From assembly GCA_034430175.1 (NCBI GenBank), contig DAOUFI010000023.1, positions 16,592-80,591 on the forward strand: DNA of 64,000 nt, read 5' to 3'. Both the position numbers and the translations under genes were made by a program. Of the stretch, positions 9,627 through 17,553 are shown piece by piece; position 1 is the stretch's first letter, and every line of letters starts with the position of its first letter. The notes below the pieces were generated by a model, which was not told the origin of the DNA, ran no database searches, and saw only the letters and a list, made by a program, of their open reading frames with translations. This DNA comes from Anaerolineaceae bacterium (GTDB lineage Bacteria > Chloroflexota > Anaerolineae > Anaerolineales > Anaerolineaceae).

Positions 9627-10595
9627 GTGACGATCCAGATCACCGTGGTTGGGTTATACCGGATCGGAACTTCGATTGGGCTCGCGCTGCAGAAATACAG
9701 CGAGAAGATCCTCCTGATCGGGTTCGACGAGGACACGGGCCAGGCGGGTAGGGTGGAAAAGCTCAAGGTATTTGCTGCCGTTGAACGCGCTCTGCCAGAC
9801 GCCGTCAGGGATGCCGATCTCGTGATTCTAACCGTCCCGGCTTCTTCCGTGGATGAATACTTCCATCTACTCGCAAACCATCTCAAGCCCAATGCGCAGG
9901 TGATCGACACCTCACGCTTGCACCAGGGGATGGACGATCTCGCTTCCAGTGTCTTGCCAGTTGGCTGTCAGTTCATCTCCGCCACGCCGCTGCTCAATCC
10001 TAAGTATATGGAGCACCCTGACGACGAGCCGCATGCGGATCTCTTCGCCAATGGGGCGCTGCTTATCTGCAAAGCTCCCCAAACAGCGCCAGACATGATC
10101 AAGGTGGCCGCTGACCTGGCGCAATTGCTGGGAACGCAGGCTTATTTCACCGATCCGCTGGAAGCTGATGTGCTGCTTTCAGAAGTGGAATTGCTGCCAT
10201 TCTTGACCGTTGCAGCGTTGATGAACACCGCCGCCTCCAATCCGGGCTGGAGCGAGAGCAAACGGGTCGCTGGAGAGACCTTCTTAGCGTCGACCGGTTT
10301 GTTGGATCGCCAAGACTCCGCCGAACTGGCATTGACCGCTCTGCGCGCGCGAGAGATGACGTTGCGGGCACTCGACCGGTTTTCGAGCCGAATTGCCGAG
10401 ATCCGTGTCGCCGTGGAAAACGGTGATCAGGACGAATTGAAGGCATTGCTCGAAGCCGCGACCGATAGCCGCGAGGATTGGCGGTCTTTCAAAAGCAAAT
10501 TCGATTGGAGTACACCTGACGGCAAGCCCGTTTCAGGGAAACGCGAGGCACCCGGTGGCCTTCTGTTCCAGAACCTGATCCGCAGAAAGAAATGA
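9627..10595 (+). CDS. prephenate/arogenate dehydrogenase family protein
   Basis: N-terminal Rossmann-like ITVVGLYRIGTSIGLAL and length/organisation resemble TyrA. GTG 9627 has a GGAG 6 nt upstream and sits 1 nt after the M50 stop. The track start is TTG 9615. Confidence 0.55.
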   Translation: MTIQITVVGLYRIGTSIGLALQKYSEKILLIGFDEDTGQAGRVEKLKVFAAVERALPDAVRDADLVILTVPASSVDEYFHLLANHLKPNAQVIDTSRLHQGMDDLASSVLPVGCQFISATPLLNPKYMEHPDDEPHADLFANGALLICKAPQTAPDMIKVAADLAQLLGTQAYFTDPLEADVLLSEVELLPFLTVAALMNTAASNPGWSESKRVAGETFLASTGLLDRQDSAELALTALRAREMTLRALDRFSSRIAEIRVAVENGDQDELKALLEAATDSREDWRSFKSKFDWSTPDGKPVSGKREAPGGLLFQNLIRRKK

Positions 10596-10873
10596 CGCGT
10601 ATGGCGTATTATTGTTATATTGTTGAGTGTGCGGATGGCAGTTATTACACGGGTTGGACGCTTGACCCGGCACGCCGCGAGAAGCAGCACAACAGTGGCA
10701 GGGGTGCGGCTTATACCAGGCTTCACCGCCCGGTTCGCCTGGTTTATGTGGAGGAACAGCCCGATCATTCTACCGCGCTCAAGCGCGAGGTCAAGATCAA
10801 GGCTTACAGTCACGATCAGAAGAAGAAGTTGGTCGATTCCTATCAGCAGAGTTTAAAAGATGTCAGCAAATAA
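10592..10873 (+). CDS. GIY-YIG nuclease superfamily small protein (UPF0213-like)
   Basis: YCYIVECADGSYYTGWTLDPARREKQHNSGRGAAYT is a canonical GIY-YIG module. It is translationally coupled on both sides, with an ATGA overlap upstream and a 14-nt overlap with galK. Confidence 0.8.
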   Translation: MTRMAYYCYIVECADGSYYTGWTLDPARREKQHNSGRGAAYTRLHRPVRLVYVEEQPDHSTALKREVKIKAYSHDQKKKLVDSYQQSLKDVSK

Positions 10874-11999
10874 TAATTATGAGATTACTGTACTTTCACC
10901 GGGTCGGGTGAACCTGCTGGGGGAACACGTCGATTATAACGACGGTTGGGTACTGCCCATCGCTATTGATAAGGCGATCACGATCACAGCCCGCCACAGC
11001 AAGGATGGTGTGACAAGGCTTACTGCCAGTGATCTCGGTCAACATGCGGAATTCTCAAACGAATCGCTGCAGCAGAAGAAAGATATAAATGGAAATGATC
11101 TGCCTACGTGGGCACGGTATCCGGCTGGCGTTGCCTGGGCGCTTCTGAAGCATGGACTTGCCGTGAACGCTGTGGAAGCCGAGTTCCATTCCAATCTGCC
11201 CATTGGTGCGGGGTTAAGCAGTTCGGCGGCGGTTGAGGTCGGTTTTGCCGTACTTTGGGAAGCCGTCGCGGATTGGAAGCTTGACCGTATGACCCTGGCG
11301 CGTTACGCCCAGGAAGCCGAAGTGAATTACGTGGGCGTGAATTGCGGATTGATGGACCAGTTCGCCAGCGCCAATGGCGTCGTCGGTCATGCCCTATTGC
11401 TCGACACGCGTACCTTTGAGTGGCGACCGGTAAGCCTGCCTGCCGGGGTGGACATTGTTATCGCGGATTCACGGGTGAAGCACAACCTGGTCGAATCAGC
11501 CTACAACGTGCGCCACGATGAATGCATTGCCGCGGTCAAGGTTCTGCAAACCAAATATCCGAATGTGATCGCCCTGCGCGACGTGAATCTGGAACAGCTC
11601 GCCTCCATGCAGGCGCAAATGCCCGACAACGTTTACCGGCGCGCGCGTCATATTGTCAGTGAGTGTTTGCGTGTGCCCAAAGCCGCCGCCTTGCTGGACG
11701 CGGGCGATAGCCGTGGCTTTGGTAAATTAATGTTTGAGACCCACGCCTCGCTGCGCGACGATTACGAGGTGAGTTGCTCTGAGTTGGACATCCTGGTGGA
11801 CCTGGCTTCGCGCATCCCCGGATGCCTGGGCGCGCGCCTCACCGGAGCCGGGTTTGGCGGAAGCACGGTCAACCTGGTCAACGAAAAAGACAGCGAGGCA
11901 TTCATGCAGTCGCTGCGTGAGGGGTACAAGGCAAAAACTGACATCGAGGCTAATGTGTTCCGCTGCAAGGCTGAAGCCGGTGCACATGTAGTGAAATAG
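10860..11999 (+). CDS. galK: galactokinase
   Basis: GRVNLLGEHVDYNDG galactokinase signature plus the GHMP kinase motif PIGAGLSSSAA, 379 aa. Confidence 0.9.
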   Translation: MSANNNYEITVLSPGRVNLLGEHVDYNDGWVLPIAIDKAITITARHSKDGVTRLTASDLGQHAEFSNESLQQKKDINGNDLPTWARYPAGVAWALLKHGLAVNAVEAEFHSNLPIGAGLSSSAAVEVGFAVLWEAVADWKLDRMTLARYAQEAEVNYVGVNCGLMDQFASANGVVGHALLLDTRTFEWRPVSLPAGVDIVIADSRVKHNLVESAYNVRHDECIAAVKVLQTKYPNVIALRDVNLEQLASMQAQMPDNVYRRARHIVSECLRVPKAAALLDAGDSRGFGKLMFETHASLRDDYEVSCSELDILVDLASRIPGCLGARLTGAGFGGSTVNLVNEKDSEAFMQSLREGYKAKTDIEANVFRCKAEAGAHVVK

Positions 12000-12004
12000 A
12001 CAGA

Positions 12005-12044
12005 GAAACCCGGATTCTTCAAGAATCCGGGTTTCTTTATATTT
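12005..12044 (+). terminator. intrinsic terminator after galK
   Basis: Near-perfect 15-bp stem gaaacccggattctt/aagaatccgggtttc followed by TTTATATTT. Confidence 0.75.
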
Positions 12045-12059
12045 GTTTGAACTAAGCGG

Positions 12060-12611
12060 TCATTCACAAAAGACGGGCAGGTGACCCAGTGCCACGATAT
12101 CGCTCCACTTGGCTTTGTCACCTTCGGTAAAGATGGCGGCTTCACCGGCGATCTCAGCTTCAGCTTTGGTTACCAGTTGGCGCATCGCTTCCAGTGTTGA
12201 ACCGGTGCTGATGACGTCGTCAACGATCAATACTTTTTTCCCTTTCAAGACCTTGAAGTCCTTCTCGTCCAGGTAGAGCGTCTGGGTCTGTCCGGTCGTG
12301 ATTGAAAGCGTCTCATGTTTCAGCGCGTTGCCCATGTAGGGTTTGTAGCTCTTGCGTAAGATCACGTAAGGTTTCTTGGTTTCCACGGAAAGCGCGTAAG
12401 CCAGCGGAATACTCTTGGCTTCAGCAGTAAGCAGCACGTCAAATTTTTTGGTGGCCAATTTTTGCCCCAATTCTTTGGCGCAGGCCTGTACAAATTCAGT
12501 GTCACCCAGGATATTGAGGATGGCGATCTTCAAACCGGGTTTGACCTCGAAAAGGGTCAATTCACGATGGACCCCGGCAACATCGACTGGATACGTAGCT
12601 CTTTCGACCAT
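12060..12611 (-). CDS. phosphoribosyltransferase family protein (purine PRT-like)
   Basis: PRPP-binding motif VLIVDDVISTGSTLEAM, 183 aa. The exact substrate cannot be assigned by eye. Confidence 0.65.
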   Translation of the reverse strand: MVERATYPVDVAGVHRELTLFEVKPGLKIAILNILGDTEFVQACAKELGQKLATKKFDVLLTAEAKSIPLAYALSVETKKPYVILRKSYKPYMGNALKHETLSITTGQTQTLYLDEKDFKVLKGKKVLIVDDVISTGSTLEAMRQLVTKAEAEIAGEAAIFTEGDKAKWSDIVALGHLPVFCE

Positions 12612-12707
12612 TATTTTGCTCCCTGATTCAGAGATTCTTGATACTCAACGCGACAAGTTTATCACAATTTAATTGTATAGACACATCGGTCAAGATCGAG
12701 GGTCGGG

Positions 12708-12753
12708 TTAAAAACTGAAGATCCCCGCACACCGGTTGGCGCGAGGATCTTTT
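12708..12753. terminator. bidirectional terminator-like hairpin in a 380-bp non-coding gap
   Basis: The 9-bp GC-rich stem gatccccgc/gcgaggatc is flanked by TTTT on the plus strand and by cttcagTTTTT on the minus strand. No CDS ends next to it. Confidence 0.4.
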
Positions 12754-12991
12754 GGGAGGGAAACCGCCATAATAACGTTATGGTACAATCATCGAGAGCC
12801 GGGTCGCCTACCCCGGCTCTCATCTACAAGGAGGAGAAGATAAGAAGTCGCCCATAAACATAGTACTAATTTGGGTGGTTTTTTGCTTGACTCTTACCCT
12901 ACGCTATCCCTACGATATATCTGTCCATTCGATTTTCAATTTTCGAGATAATTCAACAAGAAATGTTCTACAATCACTAGTGGAGAGGATT

Positions 12992-13492
12992 ATGGTCATT
13001 TCAAGTCTTTATATTGCTCGAACAAACCAGACACCCCTGGGGTGTGTGGAAGTGCGCGCCGGCAATTACGGCTTGACGAACGTGTTCTTGTTTGGCAAGA
13101 ACCCTCCATTCAAAGCGGACGAAATTCTCCCGTCATCGCAAGACCCGGCCATGATCGCCTTGACACAGATCATGGAATACCTGGATGGCAAACGTCGTGA
13201 ATTCGAATTGACCATCGATTGGATGTTCATCCGAGGTTTCCAACACGATGTGCTCAAACGTACCCTCGAAATTCCCTACGGCGAAACAACGACCTACAAC
13301 AAAATTGCAGATGACCTTGAAAATCCATTTGCGAGCCGCGCCGTTGGTGGAGCGTTGGCCAACAATCCAATTCCCATCGTAATTCCATGCCATCGCGTGA
13401 TCGCCAAGGATGGCAAGCTTACCGGCTTCTCCGCCGCTGATGGTATCCGCGCCAAGAAGTGGCTGCTCGAACTGGAAGGGCACAAGTTTTGA
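12992..13492 (+). CDS. ogt: methylated-DNA--protein-cysteine methyltransferase
   Basis: Active-site IPCHRVI motif and a C-terminal DNA-binding domain. ATG 12992 is preceded by GGAGAGG. The track ORF from 12875 adds an implausible N-terminal extension. Confidence 0.85.
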   Translation: MVISSLYIARTNQTPLGCVEVRAGNYGLTNVFLFGKNPPFKADEILPSSQDPAMIALTQIMEYLDGKRREFELTIDWMFIRGFQHDVLKRTLEIPYGETTTYNKIADDLENPFASRAVGGALANNPIPIVIPCHRVIAKDGKLTGFSAADGIRAKKWLLELEGHKF

Positions 13493-14421
13493 GCCTCAAG
13501 AATTGGATTAAATTCATCTGCCTCGGCCTGGTCTGGGGCTCTTCCTTTTTATGGATAAAGCTGGCGCTTGGCGAGGTCAGCCCATTCATGCTTGTCTTCT
13601 TCCGGGCCGGGATTGCCTTCCTGGGGCTCAGTGTGCTCTGGATCATCCGCAAGCCGGAGATCCACTGGCGTGACGCCTGGAAGTTCCTGGTGATGGGTGT
13701 GTTCAACCATGCTTTTCCGATCCTGCTCATTTGCTGGAGCGAAACGCACATTTCATCCGGATTGGCATCCATCCTTAATTCCACAGTTCCACTTTTCACC
13801 ATCATGATCGGGCCGATCTTTCTTTCCGATGAGCGAATTACACTGCCACGCCTATTGGGGCTGGTCATTGGTTTTAGCGGCGTGATCATTCTGGCAGCAA
13901 ACGAATACGCTACGGATGATGTGTTGAGTGGGGTGGGCATCGTCACTATGCTGGTCGCCGCGCTCAGCTATGCGGCAGCGGGAGTCTTCGCCCGTAAGGC
14001 CATGGTCGGTATCAATCACGAGGCGCAATCGATCGGGCAGATGGGCACGGCTTTCCTGGTGATGATCCCCACCGTCCTGATCGCTGACCCCACTTTTCCT
14101 TTACCGGTGCACACGATCACCTGGGTGGCTCTCCTCTGGTTGGGGCTTCTCGGAACATTCGTTACCCTGCTCATCTGGTTTTCTCTGCTGAATTCAGTGG
14201 GGCCATTGAAGACCAGCATGGTTACCTACATGTTCCCCCTTATGGGTGTTTTGCTCGGCTGGATTTTTCTGGGTGAACAACCTACATGGCGGCTGCTCGT
14301 GGGTGGGGTGCTGGTCATCCTGGCGGTAATCATCGTTAATACGTTCGGAAAAAGGCAACTTCCTGCTACAATTGAAAATGAACCTGCCCCGAGAAGAGAA
14401 ACGGAGACAATCGATGGCTGA
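13459..14421 (+). CDS. EamA/DMT superfamily transporter
   Basis: About ten TM segments and duplicated EamA-type halves (WGSSFLWIKLAL... and a second half). The start is uncertain: GTG 13459, or TTG 13489 overlapping the ogt stop. Confidence 0.75.
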   Translation: MAARTGRAQVLSLKNWIKFICLGLVWGSSFLWIKLALGEVSPFMLVFFRAGIAFLGLSVLWIIRKPEIHWRDAWKFLVMGVFNHAFPILLICWSETHISSGLASILNSTVPLFTIMIGPIFLSDERITLPRLLGLVIGFSGVIILAANEYATDDVLSGVGIVTMLVAALSYAAAGVFARKAMVGINHEAQSIGQMGTAFLVMIPTVLIADPTFPLPVHTITWVALLWLGLLGTFVTLLIWFSLLNSVGPLKTSMVTYMFPLMGVLLGWIFLGEQPTWRLLVGGVLVILAVIIVNTFGKRQLPATIENEPAPRRETETIDG

Positions 14422-15334
14422 ACAAACGAAAATATCCAAAGCTGGTTACGTGGCGGTGGTCGGACGCCCGAACGTGGGTAAATCCACCCTGATCAATACC
14501 TTGCTCGATCAGAAGATCGCGGCTGTCTCTTCCAAACCGCAAACCACGCGACGGCGCCAGCTTGGTATTTTGACCAGCGACGGGTTACAGATCGTTTTTG
14601 TCGACACGCCAGGAATTCACAAACCGCAGCACAAGCTTGGCGATTACATGAATGATGAAGCCCTTGCCAGCATCAGTGACGCGGATGTGGTGTTGTGGCT
14701 GATTGAAACTGACGAAGCTTTGACGCCGGAAGATCATCTGATTGCTGAGAAGTTATCAACCATCCGCCGATTACCACCCGTGCTCATGCTGCTCACCAAG
14801 GTAGATCTCATCGACGTGGCCAGGTTAGAAGCTTTCAAGAAATCCGCGATCGAATTGTTCCCAGCCAAAGATATGCTGGAAATTTCCACGTTTCAAAAGA
14901 AGGGCTTACAAGAGCTTCTTGAGCGATTACGGGAAATGCTGCCTGAAGGCGAACCGTTCTTCGATGAAGACACGGTCACTGATTATTACGAGCGCGATAT
15001 CGCAGCTGAGTTGATCCGTGAGTCGGCCATGAACTACCTGCATGATGAAGTTCCTCATTGCATCGCGGTACGCATCGATGAATTCAAGGAACGGAGTGAG
15101 GACAAGGCTTTCATTGAAGCCACCATTTTTGTGGAACGCGATTCCCAGAAAGGGATCATCATCGGCAAGGGCGGTGATATGCTTAAACAGATTGGCACCC
15201 GCGCGCGTCAGGAGATCGAGTCGATGAGCGGCCGCGAGGTATTCCTCAGCCTGCGCGTCAAGGTAGACAAGAACTGGCGCAATAGCCCCGAGGCATTACA
15301 AATGCTCGGATACCAAAAAATGAAGGAGGATTAA
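14414..15334 (+). CDS. era: GTPase Era
   Basis: GYVAVVGRPNVGKSTL (G1), DTPG (G3), TKVD (G4) and a C-terminal KH domain. ATG 14414 is preceded by GGAGA. The track ORF starts at 14372. Confidence 0.92.
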   Translation: MAEQTKISKAGYVAVVGRPNVGKSTLINTLLDQKIAAVSSKPQTTRRRQLGILTSDGLQIVFVDTPGIHKPQHKLGDYMNDEALASISDADVVLWLIETDEALTPEDHLIAEKLSTIRRLPPVLMLLTKVDLIDVARLEAFKKSAIELFPAKDMLEISTFQKKGLQELLERLREMLPEGEPFFDEDTVTDYYERDIAAELIRESAMNYLHDEVPHCIAVRIDEFKERSEDKAFIEATIFVERDSQKGIIIGKGGDMLKQIGTRARQEIESMSGREVFLSLRVKVDKNWRNSPEALQMLGYQKMKED

Positions 15335-16005
15335 TGTTCTCCTGGCTCTTTTTCCTCGCAATTGCTTTCGCTTTCCTGGACTGGTACGCCGCCTGGAAAG
15401 AAAATCGCTATCTTCTCCTGATCGCTAAACCGCTGACCGTGGTGTTTATGATGCTCTGGACGCTGGAATTCAGCGGCTGGCAGGGTGCCATGTTGTTCTT
15501 TGGTCTGGGTCTCCTCTTTTCGTTGGGTGGCGATGTAGCACTGCTTTTCTCGGCACGATGGTTCATGCTTGGCCTGGCCAGTTTTCTGGTAGCCCACATC
15601 ATGTTCATCATCGGTTTCAGCCGTCCGCTGGCTCCCTTTTCCGCGTTCTCGGGGGTGATCGCGTTGATCATCGGTCTGACCGGAGCGCGTATCCTGCGGG
15701 CGGTCCGCGCTGGCATCGACCGGATGCCTGGATCGAAGAAAATAAAACCGGCAGCGACTATTTATGGTATCGCGCTTTCGCTGATGCTGCTGTCAGCCAT
15801 ACTGACCTTCTTCAATGAGCTATGGAGTGCTGCTTCCTCGATCATCGTGGCATTGGGAGCCTCGTTCTTCTTTGCTTCGGATTCCATGCTTTCGTATGAC
15901 CGTTTTGTGCGAAAACTCCCCCACGCCCGCTTCTGGGTGCACGTTACCTACCACCTGGGCTTATTTGGCATCCTCATTGGAGCAATGCTTCATTTTGTAA
16001 AGTAG
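15334..16005 (+). CDS. YhhN family lysoplasmalogenase-like membrane protein
   Basis: 223-aa polytopic protein with YhhN-like organisation, a strong GGAGG RBS and a TAATG overlap with era. Confidence 0.55.
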   Translation: MFSWLFFLAIAFAFLDWYAAWKENRYLLLIAKPLTVVFMMLWTLEFSGWQGAMLFFGLGLLFSLGGDVALLFSARWFMLGLASFLVAHIMFIIGFSRPLAPFSAFSGVIALIIGLTGARILRAVRAGIDRMPGSKKIKPAATIYGIALSLMLLSAILTFFNELWSAASSIIVALGASFFFASDSMLSYDRFVRKLPHARFWVHVTYHLGLFGILIGAMLHFVK

Positions 16006-16014
16006 AACAAGTTT

Positions 16015-16050
16015 AAAAAGTTCCAGCATTTCATGGCTGGATAATTTTCT
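16015..16050. terminator. bidirectional terminator between convergent yhhN-like and yitT-like genes
   Basis: Short stem tccagc/gctgga is followed by ATAATTTTCTT on the plus strand and by ACTTTTTAAAC on the minus strand. Confidence 0.4.
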
Positions 16051-16115
16051 TGAAAATTTCCAGTATCCGTTATTGATACCGGGAATTTGCATTTTCTTTG
16101 AGGGGAGGATGGATA

Positions 16116-17009
16116 TTACTGTTTTAGAGGTCTGAATCCTTCGCCCAGCACTTCGTGGGCTGAACCGATGACCACCAGCGCGTCAGGGTCGAGCGCTTTG
16201 ACCAGCTCCTTGAGTTGGTTGACCTCTGAACGGGTGATCACGCAATACAATACCGGGCGTTCTTCCCTGGTATAACCACCTGTCCCTGCTAGGATGGTCA
16301 CACCCCGTTCAAGATCGGTCAGGATCTCCTGCATGACCTTTTCGTGTTCTTCGGTGATGATGATGGCGGTTCTGTAGATGCTCTGGCCTTCCGAAATGGC
16401 TTCGGCTGCCAATCCGCTGATGTAGATGACTCCCAAACCGTAGAGTGCCTTTTCCCAGTTGAAGGCAAAACCGCCAGCCAGTACCACCAGCGAATCGGTG
16501 ATCATATAGGCCATGGAGATGGAAATACCGAACCGCCGGTTGAGGATACGACCCAGAATGTCAGAGCCGCCGCTGGTACCCTGTCCGCGGTAAACCAGAC
16601 CAAGCCCCGCTCCATAGAGGATGGCGCCGTAAACTGTGTTGAGAACGATGTCTTGAAGCATGCCCTCGGCGGGGATGAACAGGGTCAGCAGGTCGGTGAA
16701 AAGCGAAAACGCTGCTACTGAAATGGCTGTGCGTACCGCGAATTTTCGCCCACCCAGGTGACGCCAGCCGAGGACGAATAATGGAACGTTACCCACGAAA
16801 ACCATCACACCGATGGGGAAGGGTACGAAGGAGTTGATGATCTGTGCCGCGCCGCTGATGCCGCCCGAAACGAGTTGACCGGGCACCAGGAAGAGACGCA
16901 TGGCCAATGCCTGAACGAGAGCGCCGATTAGAATCAATGAATAATCCTGCACGGTCTTCCAGGTGATGGCAGATTTGATCTTCTTGGTGAGCGTAACGCT
17001 GCTTGACAT
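16116..17009 (-). CDS. YitT family membrane protein (DUF161 + C-terminal DUF2179)
   Basis: 297 aa with an N-terminal polytopic region containing paired GG-rich helices and a soluble C-terminal domain (VTILAGTGGYT...VITRSEV), typical of YitT. Confidence 0.7.
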   Translation of the reverse strand: MSSSVTLTKKIKSAITWKTVQDYSLILIGALVQALAMRLFLVPGQLVSGGISGAAQIINSFVPFPIGVMVFVGNVPLFVLGWRHLGGRKFAVRTAISVAAFSLFTDLLTLFIPAEGMLQDIVLNTVYGAILYGAGLGLVYRGQGTSGGSDILGRILNRRFGISISMAYMITDSLVVLAGGFAFNWEKALYGLGVIYISGLAAEAISEGQSIYRTAIIITEEHEKVMQEILTDLERGVTILAGTGGYTREERPVLYCVITRSEVNQLKELVKALDPDALVVIGSAHEVLGEGFRPLKQ

Positions 17010-17072
17010 GAATTCCTCTTTATTAATGAAATACGCCTTATTTTACTCGATTAAGTGAAGTTGGCGATTTAA

Positions 17073-17101
17073 TTGACACCCCCCGGTGCCTATGATAAAA
17101 T
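17073..17101 (+). promoter_or_regulatory. sigma70-type promoter of tRNA-Glu
   Basis: TTGACA (17073-17078), a 17-nt spacer, then TAAAAT (17096-17101). The mature tRNA 5' end lies 15 nt downstream. Confidence 0.6.
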
Positions 17102-17115
17102 CTCTTCGCTCAGAC

Positions 17116-17188
17116 GCCCCCATTGTCTAGTGGCCTAGGACGTGGCCCTCTCAAGGCCAAAACTCGGGTTCGAATCCCGATGGGGGCA
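17116..17188 (+). tRNA. tRNA-Glu (anticodon CUC)
   Basis: Cloverleaf folded by hand: acceptor GCCCCCA/TGGGGGC, D arm GTCT-AGTGGCCTA-GGAC, anticodon arm TGGCC-CTCTCAA-GGCCA, variable loop AAAC, T arm TCGGG-TTCGAAT-CCCGA, discriminator A. 73 nt, CCA not encoded. Confidence 0.9.
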
Positions 17189-17313
17189 CTTTCTATTTAA
17201 CAACGACGATTTCTTTATCTTGTTTACTGGCCCTCTCAAGTCTCACCCTGCTGCACTGGGCAGGAAACTTGGGTTCGAATCCCGATGTCCCCTACGGGGA
17301 GGCTGCGCACGGG
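17187..17313 (+). repeat. tRNA-Glu-derived repeat unit 1 (trailer + anticodon-arm fragment + T arm + acceptor 3' fragment, with hairpin inserts)
   Basis: 127-bp unit containing TGGCCCTCTCAAG, a 24-nt insert, AAACTTGGGTTCGAATCCCGATG, a 23-nt insert with the hairpin tcccc-tac-gggga, and GGGCA. It lacks the acceptor 5' strand and D arm. Confidence 0.85.
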
Positions 17314-17460
17314 CACTTTCTATTTAACAACGACGATTTCTTTATCTTGTTTACTGGCCCTCTCAAGTCTCACCCTGCTGCACAGGGCAGGAAACTCGGG
17401 TCCCCTTTCGGGGATAATAATTCGAATCCCGATGTCCCCTGCGGGGAGGCTGCGCACGGG
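17314..17460 (+). repeat. tRNA-Glu-derived repeat unit 2 (same as unit 1 plus 20-nt hairpin insert in the T arm)
   Basis: Same order of segments as unit 1 with 3 substitutions. An extra cccctttcggggataataat is inserted between GGGT and TCGAATCCCGA. Confidence 0.85.
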
Positions 17461-17463
17461 GTA

Positions 17464-17487
17464 CACACCCGAAGGGTGGTTTCTTAT
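17464..17487 (+). terminator. weak terminator-like hairpin closing the tRNA-Glu/repeat transcript
   Basis: Hairpin caccc-gaa-gggtg followed by gTTTCTT. Only a 5-bp stem, so this is tentative. Confidence 0.3.
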
Positions 17488-17553
17488 GGGGTAAGGCACT
17501 AAGTGCTCCTTGGAGTATATGATGCCTTAGTCCGATCAATTAGATAGTCGTCT

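Noticed and set aside
12875-12991. The N-terminal 39-aa extension of ogt suggested by the ORF track, and similar extensions at 18367, 36075, 38814, 42040, 43339, 46264, 50014, 58618-58887 and 61367-61402.
   Set aside because: In each case the internal start codon has a proper RBS or an ATGA/TAATG coupling to the upstream gene, and it restores the family-typical N-terminus or signal peptide. The extensions overlap neighbouring genes or promoters.
17187-17460. Possible CRISPR array or integrase att-site scars next to the tRNA.
   Set aside because: There are only two units with a 127/147-bp period. They have no spacer-like unique segments and no cas genes are present, so this is not CRISPR. For att scars, the flanks of successive copies should differ, but both units carry the identical 39-nt trailer. 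No integrase or other mobile genes are nearby. This favours local tandem duplication, although an element outside the window cannot be excluded.
17142-17502. Three overlapping plus-strand ORFs (61-77 aa) with internally repeated peptides (HFLFNNDDFFILFTGPLKSHPAA...).
   Set aside because: They run through the tRNA-Glu gene and its 127/147-bp tandem repeats, so the peptide repeats simply mirror the DNA repeat. They have no RBS, and one of them starts inside the tRNA.
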